Part shown: positions 56,077 to 64,000 of the stretch, piece after piece
Numbering within the stretch: the stretch's first letter is position 1
Layout: each line of letters begins with the position of its first letter
Source of the DNA: an uncultured Acidimicrobiia bacterium
GTDB taxonomy: Bacteria; Actinomycetota; Acidimicrobiia; UBA2766
Direction: 5' to 3'
DNA length: 64,000 nt
NCBI GenBank assembly: GCA_964370965.1
Contig: CAYJLW010000001.1
Location: forward strand, 23,509-87,508
Notes under the pieces: model-generated
Database searches by the model: none
What the model was told of the DNA's origin: nothing
Seen by the model: the letters and a program-made list of their open reading frames with translations, nothing else
Translations under genes and position numbers: made by a program

Positions 56077-57618
56077 TCAGGGAAGATCTACGGCTCCGAG
56101 AGGAGTCGGGACGCTTCGATCAGCCATGCCCGTCATCTCCTGAGCGATCTGCCGCTTCCGTTCCGGCAGGGTTTCGATGGGGCGGGCTTCCTCGTAGAGG
56201 TCGTGGGTGCTCTGCTTGTGCTGGTAGCTGCGCTCGGTGTGGAACTGCACCTCGAACCTCTGACCGTCCTTCGATTCGAAGACGACGTTCAAGCCCCGGT
56301 ACGGCCCACCACCCCACGTGTTGCGTGCAGTGAGGATCTTGTGGCCTTGGCGATCGAGGTCTGCCAAGAGAGCCCGCACACTGCCCACGTAGGCGTGCTC
56401 GTCGAACACCGCCGTGAAACGAACGGAGTCTCCGATGGCGGCGACAGCGTCGTCGAGAGACGCGCCGTCCGCCATCTGGCGCTCGATCTTCTCGGCGATC
56501 GAAGTGGGCGTCTTGAGACGGTGGCCAAGACCGACTATCCGGCCGCCAGCCGTGGCCGCTGCAGCACTGACACCCGCTGTGACGCGAGGCTCGGCAGCCT
56601 TCGCTATGCGGGCGACGACCTCAGCGGCATCACGGACTTCGTTGGGTCCGGTGGTGGCGGCGGCCTCCCGGAGGGCCTTTTGGCGGGCCGCAGCGGCCTT
56701 CCGGAACCCCTTGGCGTCCTCGGCCCCCACAATGTCCCGGAGGGGCCGGGCGGAGCGTGTCGAACCCCACTCGGCGGACAGCTTCCGGCCGACGACCCCG
56801 GTGCCCGGGTGCTCGTCGAGGGTCAGGCGGCCCGCCTTGTAGGCCTCGTAGCGGGACGGCCCCAGGATCTCGCGCTGCTGGCTCTCGGGGAGGCGGGCGA
56901 AACGGGCGGCGCCCGACTCGACGTCGGCACGGGTCTCGGGGACGCCGGTGAGGTCGACGCCGAACCGGTCGCCGATCTCCGCCCAGGGTTTCGTGACCGG
57001 CACCATGGCACACCGGCAGGCGGGGTGGCCGTCGAGGCGTTCGTCGAGGCGGTGGCGGGTGCCGTGCATCGCCCAGCACGCCGGGCAGGTCCGCCGGTCC
57101 GTCGCCGAGTGCCACACCCAGCCGTCCACCACATCCGAGTTCGCCGTGTACGAGCGGCGGCTGGCCTCCCGGTAGGCCCGCAGTGTTTCGGTACGGGCGA
57201 TGGTCAACGCCCGGGTGAGGCTCGTGCCGAGCGTGTCCCTGAGCGCCCGGGCCGTCACCCGGGGGGACTGGCCGAGGATCAGGCCGGTGACGAGGGTGTC
57301 GGCGGCGGACCGGGCGGCCTGCGCCCCGAACGGTGCGAAGAGCCGGGCGAGGGGTGAGCCGGGGGAGGTGAACCCGGCGAGGTCGTCCAGAGCGCCGGTC
57401 GGCAGCGTCGCCCAGGTGTTGGTGACCGCCGGGCGGACCTTGCGGGGCACCTGGGCGGTGACGGTCTCGCGGGCGTGGGTTTCGGCGGCGGCGACGACGT
57501 CGGCGTGCGCCCGGCGGGTCTGTTCGTCGGCTGCGGCGGCGGCCTTCGCTGTCTCCGTCTCGACTTGGGCGAGGAGCGTCCGGTAGCGGTCCTGTTGGAA
57601 CAGCCACGCGGGCGACAC
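56077..57618 (-). CDS. MuF (Phage_Mu_F/SPP1 gp7-like) head-morphogenesis protein fused to a C-terminal RelA/SpoT-like small alarmone synthetase (toxSAS) domain
   Basis: The MuF domain carries 'LTIARTETLRAYREASRRSYTANSDVVDGWVWHSATDRRTCPACWAMHGTRHRLDERLDGHPACRCAMVPV'. The C-terminal ~130 aa match the RelA/SpoT nucleotidyltransferase signature blocks: 'RLKTPTSIAEKIERQ' (RxKxxxSxxEKxxR), 'IGDSVRFTAVFD' (D-x-x-G-x-R), 'GPYRGLNVVF' (GYRSxH-like) and 'RFEVQFHTERSYQHKQSTHDLYEE' (the EVQIRT block). Confidence 0.7.
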   Translation of the reverse strand: MSPAWLFQQDRYRTLLAQVETETAKAAAAADEQTRRAHADVVAAAETHARETVTAQVPRKVRPAVTNTWATLPTGALDDLAGFTSPGSPLARLFAPFGAQAARSAADTLVTGLILGQSPRVTARALRDTLGTSLTRALTIARTETLRAYREASRRSYTANSDVVDGWVWHSATDRRTCPACWAMHGTRHRLDERLDGHPACRCAMVPVTKPWAEIGDRFGVDLTGVPETRADVESGAARFARLPESQQREILGPSRYEAYKAGRLTLDEHPGTGVVGRKLSAEWGSTRSARPLRDIVGAEDAKGFRKAAAARQKALREAAATTGPNEVRDAAEVVARIAKAAEPRVTAGVSAAAATAGGRIVGLGHRLKTPTSIAEKIERQMADGASLDDAVAAIGDSVRFTAVFDEHAYVGSVRALLADLDRQGHKILTARNTWGGGPYRGLNVVFESKDGQRFEVQFHTERSYQHKQSTHDLYEEARPIETLPERKRQIAQEMTGMADRSVPTPLGAVDLP

Positions 57619-57842
57619 GGTCTCCCCGGCGGCCTGGGCTGTGGCGATACGGTCGGCGAGCCGGTCAGACCTTTTGCGGATCTCCCGCCACGCGCGCCCG
57701 TAGGCCTCGACGACGCGGTTGGCGGTCGGAGCCCGGCCTTGCGAGTGGCCCCCTGGGCTTCACTACCTCCGTCGGCGGGGGCGCGTCTAGCTTTCCCCCG
57801 ACCTTGACGTCTCCGACGACAAAGAGTGAGAAGGGGGCCGGC

Positions 57843-58055
57843 GTGGCCGAGGTGTGTTCCGAGATGGTGGCGAACGTGTGGCAGGTCGTCGTGTCCGTAG
57901 GCGACACGGTGGCAGAGGACGACACCCTCGTCATCCTGGAGTCCATGAAGATGGAGATCCCCGTCGTCTCCCCGGTCGACGGCGAGGTGAAGGAGATCCG
58001 CGTCAAGCCCGAGGACGTCGTCCAGGAGGGCGACGTGATCGTGGTCGTCGAGTGA
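57843..58055 (+). CDS. biotin/lipoyl-attachment domain protein (biotin carboxyl carrier-like)
   Basis: 'VVVSVGDTVAEDDTLVILESMKMEIPVVSPVDGEVKEIRVKPEDVVQEGDVIVVVE' has the biotinyl-lysine in the E(A/S)MKM motif. The start is ambiguous (GTG 57843 or ATG 57864). Confidence 0.7.
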   Translation: MAEVCSEMVANVWQVVVSVGDTVAEDDTLVILESMKMEIPVVSPVDGEVKEIRVKPEDVVQEGDVIVVVE

Positions 58056-58849
58056 GCGAGGCCCCTCCCGAAGGCGACGCACCCCTCGAGATCGACGGCG
58101 GCGTCGCCACCGTCACGCTGCGGCGACCGGCACGGCGCAACGCCCTGTCCACGCCCATGGCCGATCGCATTGTCGCCGCGCTCGAGGCCGCCGACGCCGA
58201 TCCGGAGGTGCGCGTCGTCCTGCTGACCGGTGAGCCCCCGGCTTTCTGCGCGGGCGCGGACCTCACTGACTTCGACGAGAGCCCGGGCCGGGGCGGGTTC
58301 CTCCATGCCTACCACCGTCTCGTGGACACCATCTCGGCGGTCCGGGCGCCCGTCGTGGCCTTCGCGAACGGCCCCGCTCTGGGCGCCGGCTGCCAACTCG
58401 TCTGCCAGTGCGACCTCCGGGTCGCCGCCGCTTCCGCGCCCCTCGGGATCCCGGCCGCCCGCATCGGCCTCATGCTCGACCCCGTGAACCTCAACCGCCT
58501 CGTCACCGAGATCGGCCCGTCCGCGGCCCGGCTCCTCCTCCTCACGGGCAAGCCGGTGAGCGGTGAGGACGCCGTCCGCCTCGGTGTCGTCCACCGCGTC
58601 GTGGCCGACGCCGACGCGGCGTCAGCGGCCCGGGCCTGGGCCGAGGAGATCGCCGCCCAGGCCCCGCTGTCGGTGCAGGGTCACAAGGCCGCTGTACGCG
58701 CTGTCGTGGAGTCGTGGTGGCTCCCTGAGTCCGCGCCCGCCTATGCCCGCGTGATCGAGCATTGGCAGTCGGCGCTGGGCTCCGAGGACATCCAGGAGGG
58801 TGTGCGGGCTTTCGCGGAACGCCGCGACCCGCGGTTCTCCGGCCGTTGA
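58052..58849 (+). CDS. enoyl-CoA hydratase/isomerase family protein
   Basis: 'VATVTLRRPARRNALS', 'VVLLTGEPPAFCAGADL' and 'ANGPALGAGCQLVCQCDLRVAA'. The GTG start overlaps the biotin-domain gene's stop (GTGA). Confidence 0.8.
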   Translation: MSEAPPEGDAPLEIDGGVATVTLRRPARRNALSTPMADRIVAALEAADADPEVRVVLLTGEPPAFCAGADLTDFDESPGRGGFLHAYHRLVDTISAVRAPVVAFANGPALGAGCQLVCQCDLRVAAASAPLGIPAARIGLMLDPVNLNRLVTEIGPSAARLLLLTGKPVSGEDAVRLGVVHRVVADADAASAARAWAEEIAAQAPLSVQGHKAAVRAVVESWWLPESAPAYARVIEHWQSALGSEDIQEGVRAFAERRDPRFSGR

Positions 58850-58898
58850 GGGCGACGGCGCCGGCAGTAGGTTTCCGGGATGGCGGTAGGTTTCCGGG

Positions 58899-59348
58899 AT
58901 GAGCGACGTCGCGCCGCCACACGGGGAGTTGGCGCTCCCCCACCACTCCGGTCCCGTCGAGGACCCCATGGCGTGGGAGCTCCCGTTCTCCTGGACGGGC
59001 CTCGCCTCCCGGCTCTTCCGGGCCCTCGACACCCGTGACGAGGCCGCCCTGCGCTGGCTGCTCCGCACGGACGTCTCGGGGGAGTGGGTGGGCCGCTATC
59101 CCTACCAGCGGGGGGAGGCGGGGGTCGTCGAGATGCTCACCAAGGTGCTCTGGGACGCCGTTCCCGCCGCCTTCCGCCACGACTGGCGTTTCGCCGCCCT
59201 TGCGGGCGACGAGGCTGTGGTCGCCTGGGTGCGCAGCGACCTCGGCGGGGACTCCCCGGGGCGCCGTGTCGAGGGCGTGTCCTTCCTCCGGGTACGCACG
59301 AGCATGCTCGAGCTGATGCGGGTGTACGAGCTGCCCGCGCCGGACTGA
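58899..59348 (+). CDS. SnoaL/NTF2-like fold hypothetical protein
   Basis: ~150 aa with an NTF2-like pattern ('LFRALDTRDEAALRWLLRTDVSGEWVG...VEGVSFLRVRTSMLELMRVYE'). Confidence 0.45.
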   Translation: MSDVAPPHGELALPHHSGPVEDPMAWELPFSWTGLASRLFRALDTRDEAALRWLLRTDVSGEWVGRYPYQRGEAGVVEMLTKVLWDAVPAAFRHDWRFAALAGDEAVVAWVRSDLGGDSPGRRVEGVSFLRVRTSMLELMRVYELPAPD

Positions 59349-59355
59349 CGCCGTC

Positions 59356-60084
59356 GTGGCCGGCCGGTTCCTGAGCGCGTTCGCCGGGGGCATGCTGTCG
59401 TTCCTGTCCCCGTGCGTGCTGCCACTCGTCCCGGCCTACCTCTCGATAGTGGCGGGCGTTTCCGTGGAGGAGGTGCAGTCGGGCACGAAGCGGCTCGCGG
59501 TCGTGCGCGGGACCGCCCTCTTCATGTCCGGTTTCACGATCGTCTTCGTGGCCCTCGGTGCTACGGCCTCGGCGGTCGGGGCGTTCCTGCTTTCGCACCG
59601 GCGGCCCTTCGAGGTGGCCTCGGGCGTTCTCGTGATCGTCTTCGGCGTGTTCCTCGCCGGCGCCGTGCGGCCCTCGTGGTTGGAGCAGGAGCGCCGTTTC
59701 CACCTCGACCGCTCCCTCGGGACCTGGGGGGCGCCGCTCCTCGGCGGGGCCTTCGCCTTCGGCTGGACCCCGTGCATCGGCCCCATCCTCGGCACCGTCC
59801 TCACGCTCGCCGCCAGGGAGGCGAGCGTCGCCCAGGGCGTCCTCCTCCTGTTCGGCTACTCCCTCGGCCTCGGGATCCCGTTCCTCCTCTCGGGCCTCGC
59901 CCTCTCCGAGCTGTCCGGTCTCTTCGGCTGGGTGAAGCGCCACTTCCGTGCCCTCAACCTCGCCGCGGGCGCCATCCTCGTCGTCTTCGGTGTCCTCCTC
60001 CTCACCAACCAGGTCACGAGGATCTCCGGCTGGATCCAGACCTTCTTCGAATGGATCGGCCTCGACCGCCTCACCAACATCTGA
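59356..60084 (+). CDS. ccdA: cytochrome c biogenesis thiol:disulfide transporter CcdA (DsbD-beta-like)
   Basis: 'FLSPCVLPLVPAYLS' and a second Cys in 'FGWTPCIGPILG', with six TM helices. Confidence 0.8.
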   Translation: MAGRFLSAFAGGMLSFLSPCVLPLVPAYLSIVAGVSVEEVQSGTKRLAVVRGTALFMSGFTIVFVALGATASAVGAFLLSHRRPFEVASGVLVIVFGVFLAGAVRPSWLEQERRFHLDRSLGTWGAPLLGGAFAFGWTPCIGPILGTVLTLAAREASVAQGVLLLFGYSLGLGIPFLLSGLALSELSGLFGWVKRHFRALNLAAGAILVVFGVLLLTNQVTRISGWIQTFFEWIGLDRLTNI

Positions 60085-60136
60085 GCCTGATCGAGGGGGG
60101 ACTCGTCCTCCGTCGAGAACCCCCGTTCGGCCCCTG

Positions 60137-60817
60137 TTACCTCTCCCGGGTGGCCTTCGGGAAGAGCTCGCGGAGCTTCCGGTTGAGTTCCGCCTCGCTC
60201 ATCTCGCCCGCCCGGGAGTCGACGACGACCCCGTCGGCGTCCACGAAGTAGGTCGAGGGAAGGCCGAAGAGCGAATAGGAGGCGGAGACGGAGTCGTCCC
60301 GGTCGAGGGCGAGGGGATACGTGATGTCCCGTTCGGTGGCGAACGCCCGGGCCGCCGCCTCAGTGTCCCCGGAGGCGATCCCGAGGAATTGCACCCGGCC
60401 CCCGTACGTCCTGTAGAGCCGCTCGAAGGCAGGCATCTCCGCCTTGCAGGGCACGCACCACGACGCCCAGAAGTTGAGGACGAGGGGCCGGCCGCGGAAG
60501 GACTCCAGGGTGCGCTGCTTCCCCTTGAAGTCCACGACGCTGAAGGGCGGTGCCGGCTGGGGGTCGTCCCGCCCGGGGAGGATGATCGTGGGGTCGGGCC
60601 GTCCGGACGGCGTGGTTCTCGGGTCGGCGGCGCGGTCGCTCCCGGATTCCGCGGGGCCGAAGAGGACGAGGCCCACGACGACGCAGGCGACGAGCACCAC
60701 CACGGCGGCGAGGAGGCCCGGGGAGCGTCGTGGCCGGCGGGGAGGCGCCAGCGCGCCGGGGTCGTCGGGCACGACGGGCGGTTCGGTGCCCGGGTCGGGA
60801 GGTGGCGTGTCGGTCAT
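60137..60817 (-). CDS. membrane-anchored TlpA/ResA-like thioredoxin (cytochrome c maturation)
   Basis: TM 'LLAAVVVLVACVVVGLVLF' and 'LNFWASWCVPCKAEMP'. Confidence 0.75.
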   Translation of the reverse strand: MTDTPPPDPGTEPPVVPDDPGALAPPRRPRRSPGLLAAVVVLVACVVVGLVLFGPAESGSDRAADPRTTPSGRPDPTIILPGRDDPQPAPPFSVVDFKGKQRTLESFRGRPLVLNFWASWCVPCKAEMPAFERLYRTYGGRVQFLGIASGDTEAAARAFATERDITYPLALDRDDSVSASYSLFGLPSTYFVDADGVVVDSRAGEMSEAELNRKLRELFPKATRER

Positions 60818-60832
60818 GGTGTCTCCCTCACG

Positions 60833-62413
60833 CTACGACACGAACTCGCGCAGGAAGTACCCCGGGTCGAGCGGTTCCCCCGTGGCCCGTTGGATCATCG
60901 TGTTCCAGTGCCAGCGGGCGCCCACCGAGAACACGCGTTCGCGGAGCCAGGGTCCGGCGGCGGCGTTGGCGGCGAGACCGGCGCCGGTGCCCGCCCGGAG
61001 GCCGGCGGCCACCTGGGAAGCCATGAGCTCCCCGAGCAGGTAGTTCTGGTAGTACACGGGGGTGGTTCCGACGTGGATCTTCGCGGCCCAGTCAGGCGCG
61101 GAGCGTCCCTCCGGGCGGGTGACGCCCTGGTAGCGCTCCACGAGGTCCCACCAGACCGAGTCGAGGTCCCCCCGGTCCGGGTCGGCGTACAGGGCCTGCT
61201 CGAAGCGGACGACCACGTTCGCCCATCGGGTGAGCAGCAGCATCCCGCCCCTCTGTGACGCGACGGCGGCCCTGTGGATGCGTGCGGCCTCGGCCGTGTC
61301 CATGCCGGCGACGTCCCGCAGCCACGAGGCGTCCCGGGTGAGGCGACCGAAGAGCATCGCCACGGCCTCGGTGGTGAACATGTGGGCGGGCCGCCGCAGC
61401 AGGAACGGGAGGGTGGGCTCGGCGTGCAGGTCGTAGGCGGCGTGGCCGAACTCGTGCAGGAGCGTCTCCATCTCCCGCTCGTTCGCCTCGATGTTGGCCA
61501 GCACGCGGACGTCGCGCGAGCGGTCCATGTCGATGCAGAAGGCGTGCTGGTTCTTGCCGTCACGGCTGTACAGGTCGCTGCGCTCCAGCACGGGGCGGAT
61601 GTCGAGGCCGTTGTAGTCGTAGCTGCGGGTGGTGAGGGCGACGACGTCCTTGCCGGCGAAGAAGGTGTCGAGGTCGAGGGCGGCTGTCGCCGGGAGCTCC
61701 TGGAAGAAGGGGTCGGCATAGTGCCAAGGTCGGATCTCGCCCGTGCCGATCCCGAAGCGGGCGGCGACCTCGGTGTCGAGGCCCGCCTTCCATGCGGCGA
61801 AGGGGACGTCGGTGGCGGCGAGGAGGCGGTCGAAGGTGGCGAGCAGCCAGTCAGGGTCGAGTTCGGAGAGGCGCAGGGCCATCTCGAAGTGGCCCCGGTA
61901 GCCAAGGGCGACGGCAGCCCGGTTGCGGAGGCGGGCGGCCCGGCGGATCCGCTCCGCCACGGCGGCGCCGACCTGCTTGGAGGCCTCCCAGGCGGCGCGG
62001 CGTTCGGCGGTGTCGTCGGAGGCGATGAGGACCTGGGTGATCTCGTTGTCGCTCACGCGTCGGCCGGCGAGCTCGCCCCGGAAAGCGGCGTAGGCGGCGT
62101 CGATCGACGCTTCGAGCTCGACGAGCTCGCGCCGCAGGTCCGGGTCGATCTGCTCGGAGGACATCTCGAGCTCGAGGAGGTCCAGTATGCGCCTCTCGGG
62201 CGAGCCTTCCGCTGTCTCGGCGCGGGCTGCTCTCACGGCGTCGAAGCGGTCGCGGTCGGCGAGGATCCCGCGGAGGTCGAGCTCTGCCGCCACCCGTTCC
62301 TGTTCGTGCTCGGGCGTGGCCGCGGTGTTCACGTCCCACCAGGCCCGGCACACGCGCGCCTCGGCGGGGGCGATCTTGGCGGTGAGGTCGCCTATGAGCT
62401 CGTCGGCGGTCAT
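60833..62413 (-). CDS. M3-like zinc metallopeptidase (HEFGH)
   Basis: 'LLHEFGHAAYDLHAE' zinc-binding HExxH in an oligopeptidase-sized (~527 aa) protein. The start at MTADELIG overlaps the upstream stop (ATGA). Confidence 0.6.
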   Translation of the reverse strand: MTADELIGDLTAKIAPAEARVCRAWWDVNTAATPEHEQERVAAELDLRGILADRDRFDAVRAARAETAEGSPERRILDLLELEMSSEQIDPDLRRELVELEASIDAAYAAFRGELAGRRVSDNEITQVLIASDDTAERRAAWEASKQVGAAVAERIRRAARLRNRAAVALGYRGHFEMALRLSELDPDWLLATFDRLLAATDVPFAAWKAGLDTEVAARFGIGTGEIRPWHYADPFFQELPATAALDLDTFFAGKDVVALTTRSYDYNGLDIRPVLERSDLYSRDGKNQHAFCIDMDRSRDVRVLANIEANEREMETLLHEFGHAAYDLHAEPTLPFLLRRPAHMFTTEAVAMLFGRLTRDASWLRDVAGMDTAEAARIHRAAVASQRGGMLLLTRWANVVVRFEQALYADPDRGDLDSVWWDLVERYQGVTRPEGRSAPDWAAKIHVGTTPVYYQNYLLGELMASQVAAGLRAGTGAGLAANAAAGPWLRERVFSVGARWHWNTMIQRATGEPLDPGYFLREFVS

Positions 62414-63510
62414 CGGGGCGAAACTAATCGCCGGAGGCCGCCGACTATCCCGGGGAGGGCGTCGAGGACGGCGTGGACGTCGTCGCTTGTGGACGGCCAG
62501 CCGAGCGAGAAGCGCAAGGTGGCGTCGGCCTCGGCGCCCATGGCCCGGATGACGTGGCTGGGTTCGAGGCGCTCGGCGGAACACGACGACCCGGAGTTGG
62601 CGGCGATGCCCGCCGAGTCGAGGCCGAGGAGCATCGCCTCGCCGCTGAGCCCGGGGACGGCCACGGCGACGATGTGGGGGGATCGTTCCGCTCCGGCGCC
62701 CAGGACGTCGACCCCGGTGATGGCAGTGAGGCCGGCGACGAGGTCGTCGGCCAGCCCCCCGAGGTGCGGCGCGGGAGCGGCGCAGGCCGCCCCGAAGCCG
62801 ACGGCGCCGGCGACGTTCTCACCACCGGCCCGGCGGGCGAGCTCCTGCTCGCCACCCACGAACAGCGGAGGGATGCGCACCCGGCGCCCGAGTGCCAGAG
62901 CGGCGATGCCTGCCGGGCCGCCGAGCTTGTGGGAGGACACCACGAGGAAGTCGGCTGTGGGCGGGTCGAGCCACATGCCCTGGCAGCCGTCGACGAGGAG
63001 GCGGACCCCGGCGGCGGCGGCGCGTTCGGAAACCTCGGCCACCGGTTGTACGACACCGGTCTCGTGGTTCACGTGTTGGACGGCGACAAGAGCGGTGTCA
63101 GGGGGGACGTTGAAGTGCGCGATCCGTCCGGTCGTGTCGACCGGGACTTCGACGAGGTCGAGGCCGGCACGGGCGGCGGCGTCGCGGGCGGCGTCGAGAA
63201 CGGCGGTGTGCTCGACCGCGGACACCACGAGGCGGCGCCCCCATGGGCCTTGGGAACGGGGGAGGAGGCCGGCGGCGGCGTACACGACCCAGTTCAGCGC
63301 TTCCGTGCCCGAACCGGTGAAGACGACTTCGCGGGGGCGGACGCCGACCCGCTGGGCGACCTGCTCGCGGGCGTCCTCGACGGCGACCCGGGCCGCGAGC
63401 CCGGGGGCGTGCACGCGGGCGGGGTCGGCGGTCCGTTCCAGCCAGGGGGCCATGGCCGCCCGGGCGTCCGGGCGCAGGGGTGTCGTGGAGGCGTGGTCGA
63501 GGTAGGTCAC
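62410..63510 (-). CDS. cysteine desulfurase (class V aminotransferase, NifS/IscS/SufS-like)
   Basis: PLP lysine in 'LVVSSHKLGGPAG' and the catalytic Cys loop 'ANSGSSCSAE'. Confidence 0.8.
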   Translation of the reverse strand: MTYLDHASTTPLRPDARAAMAPWLERTADPARVHAPGLAARVAVEDAREQVAQRVGVRPREVVFTGSGTEALNWVVYAAAGLLPRSQGPWGRRLVVSAVEHTAVLDAARDAAARAGLDLVEVPVDTTGRIAHFNVPPDTALVAVQHVNHETGVVQPVAEVSERAAAAGVRLLVDGCQGMWLDPPTADFLVVSSHKLGGPAGIAALALGRRVRIPPLFVGGEQELARRAGGENVAGAVGFGAACAAPAPHLGGLADDLVAGLTAITGVDVLGAGAERSPHIVAVAVPGLSGEAMLLGLDSAGIAANSGSSCSAERLEPSHVIRAMGAEADATLRFSLGWPSTSDDVHAVLDALPGIVGGLRRLVSPR

Positions 63511-63535
63511 GTGGCCAAGGTAGCGAGACGTCCCG

Positions 63536-63604
63536 TTGACAGGTCACGGGCCCGGCGCTAGAAGTGTAGTCAGGCGACTACATCAGGCGACCGCCTCAGG
63601 CGAC
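63536..63604 (+). promoter_or_regulatory. candidate promoter (TTGACA-N17-TAGAAG) followed by three direct repeats TCAGGCGAC at 13-bp spacing, plus palindrome GTAGTCaggcGACTAC
   Basis: Read from the sequence in the divergent region between the cysteine desulfurase and the MBL-fold gene. The repeats begin at 63570, 63583 and 63596. Confidence 0.3.
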
Positions 63605-63628
63605 CGAACCAGGGACGAGGGACGAACG

Positions 63629-64000
63629 ATGGTGGACAACCCGAGCGCACGGATCTTCCAGTACCGGGACGCCGACCCGGACGAAGCCTCCTTCTTCTGG
63701 ACGGGAGGCCCCGTGGAGGTGGGCGAGCGCACGTGGTTCCAGTCCGTGATGAGCGGCGTCACCGGCTTCGAGACCGACGACGGCCTCGTCCTCGTCGACA
63801 CCGGGACGCAGGCCTTCTCTCCGTCGATCGCCGGTCTCCTCCGCCAGGAGACCGCCGCCCCGGTGCACACGGCGGTCTACACCCACGGCCATCTCGACCA
63901 CGCCTTCGGCCTCACGTCCTTCCTCGCCCCCGGCCAGGCGGCACCCCGGGTCGTGGCCCACCGGGCGCTCCCGGGGCGTCTGGAGCGCTACCAGGCCACG
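63629..64000 (+). CDS. MBL-fold metallo-hydrolase (alkyl/aryl-sulfatase-like), N-terminal part; runs off the window
   Basis: 'LVLVDTGTQAFSPSIAGLL...VYTHGHLDHAFG' (HxHxDH zinc motif). It has no in-window stop, so it is absent from the ORF track. Confidence 0.65.
   Translation, partial: MVDNPSARIFQYRDADPDEASFFWTGGPVEVGERTWFQSVMSGVTGFETDDGLVLVDTGTQAFSPSIAGLLRQETAAPVHTAVYTHGHLDHAFGLTSFLAPGQAAPRVVAHRALPGRLERYQAT

Overview
This is a high-GC (~70%) actinobacterial-type chromosomal window. The taxonomic clues are a BldC-like regulator, an LmbE/MshB-type deacetylase, a mycothiol-type Zn-ADH and frequent GTGA/ATGA start-stop overlaps. Most long ORFs in the six-frame track are antisense artefacts of real genes; the calls below rest on recognisable protein families.

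Main content, left to right:
- An operon of (partial) alpha/beta hydrolase, GH116 glycosidase and TetR, divergent from a CrtI-like oxidoreductase.
- A secreted phosphodiesterase, a PadR regulator, a formylglycine-type sulfatase, SDRs and a standalone TPP-dependent E1 alpha/beta pair.
- An arsM arsenite methyltransferase preceded by two palindromes.
- A complete clade-II (Sec/lipoprotein) nitrous-oxide reductase cluster nosZ-nosB-like-nosD-nosF-nosY-nosL with a divergent lipoprotein cytochrome c.
- Next to it, a Tat-exported Nxr/pNar-type molybdoenzyme operon (alpha 1185 aa, Fe-S beta, EB_dh haem gamma, TorD-like chaperone).
- An MMPL transporter.
- A ~3 kb low-GC islet bracketed by ~120-bp direct repeats, carrying a class-II tRNA, an IS1595 transposase and several hypothetical proteins.
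- VanW, SDR, thioredoxin-like proteins, a PIG-L deacetylase, an Lhr helicase, a Lon-S16 lipoprotein, ADH, GT4, bldC and a CDGSH protein.
- An acyl-CoA carboxylase-like gene set interrupted by a phage head-module remnant.
- ccdA/tlpA, an M3 peptidase and a cysteine desulfurase.

The most unusual element is inside that phage remnant. A MuF (Phage_Mu_F) head-morphogenesis protein carries a C-terminal RelA/SpoT-like small-alarmone-synthetase (toxSAS) domain, with small candidate immunity genes immediately downstream. A family of strong hairpin (REP-like) repeats marks both mobile insertions.
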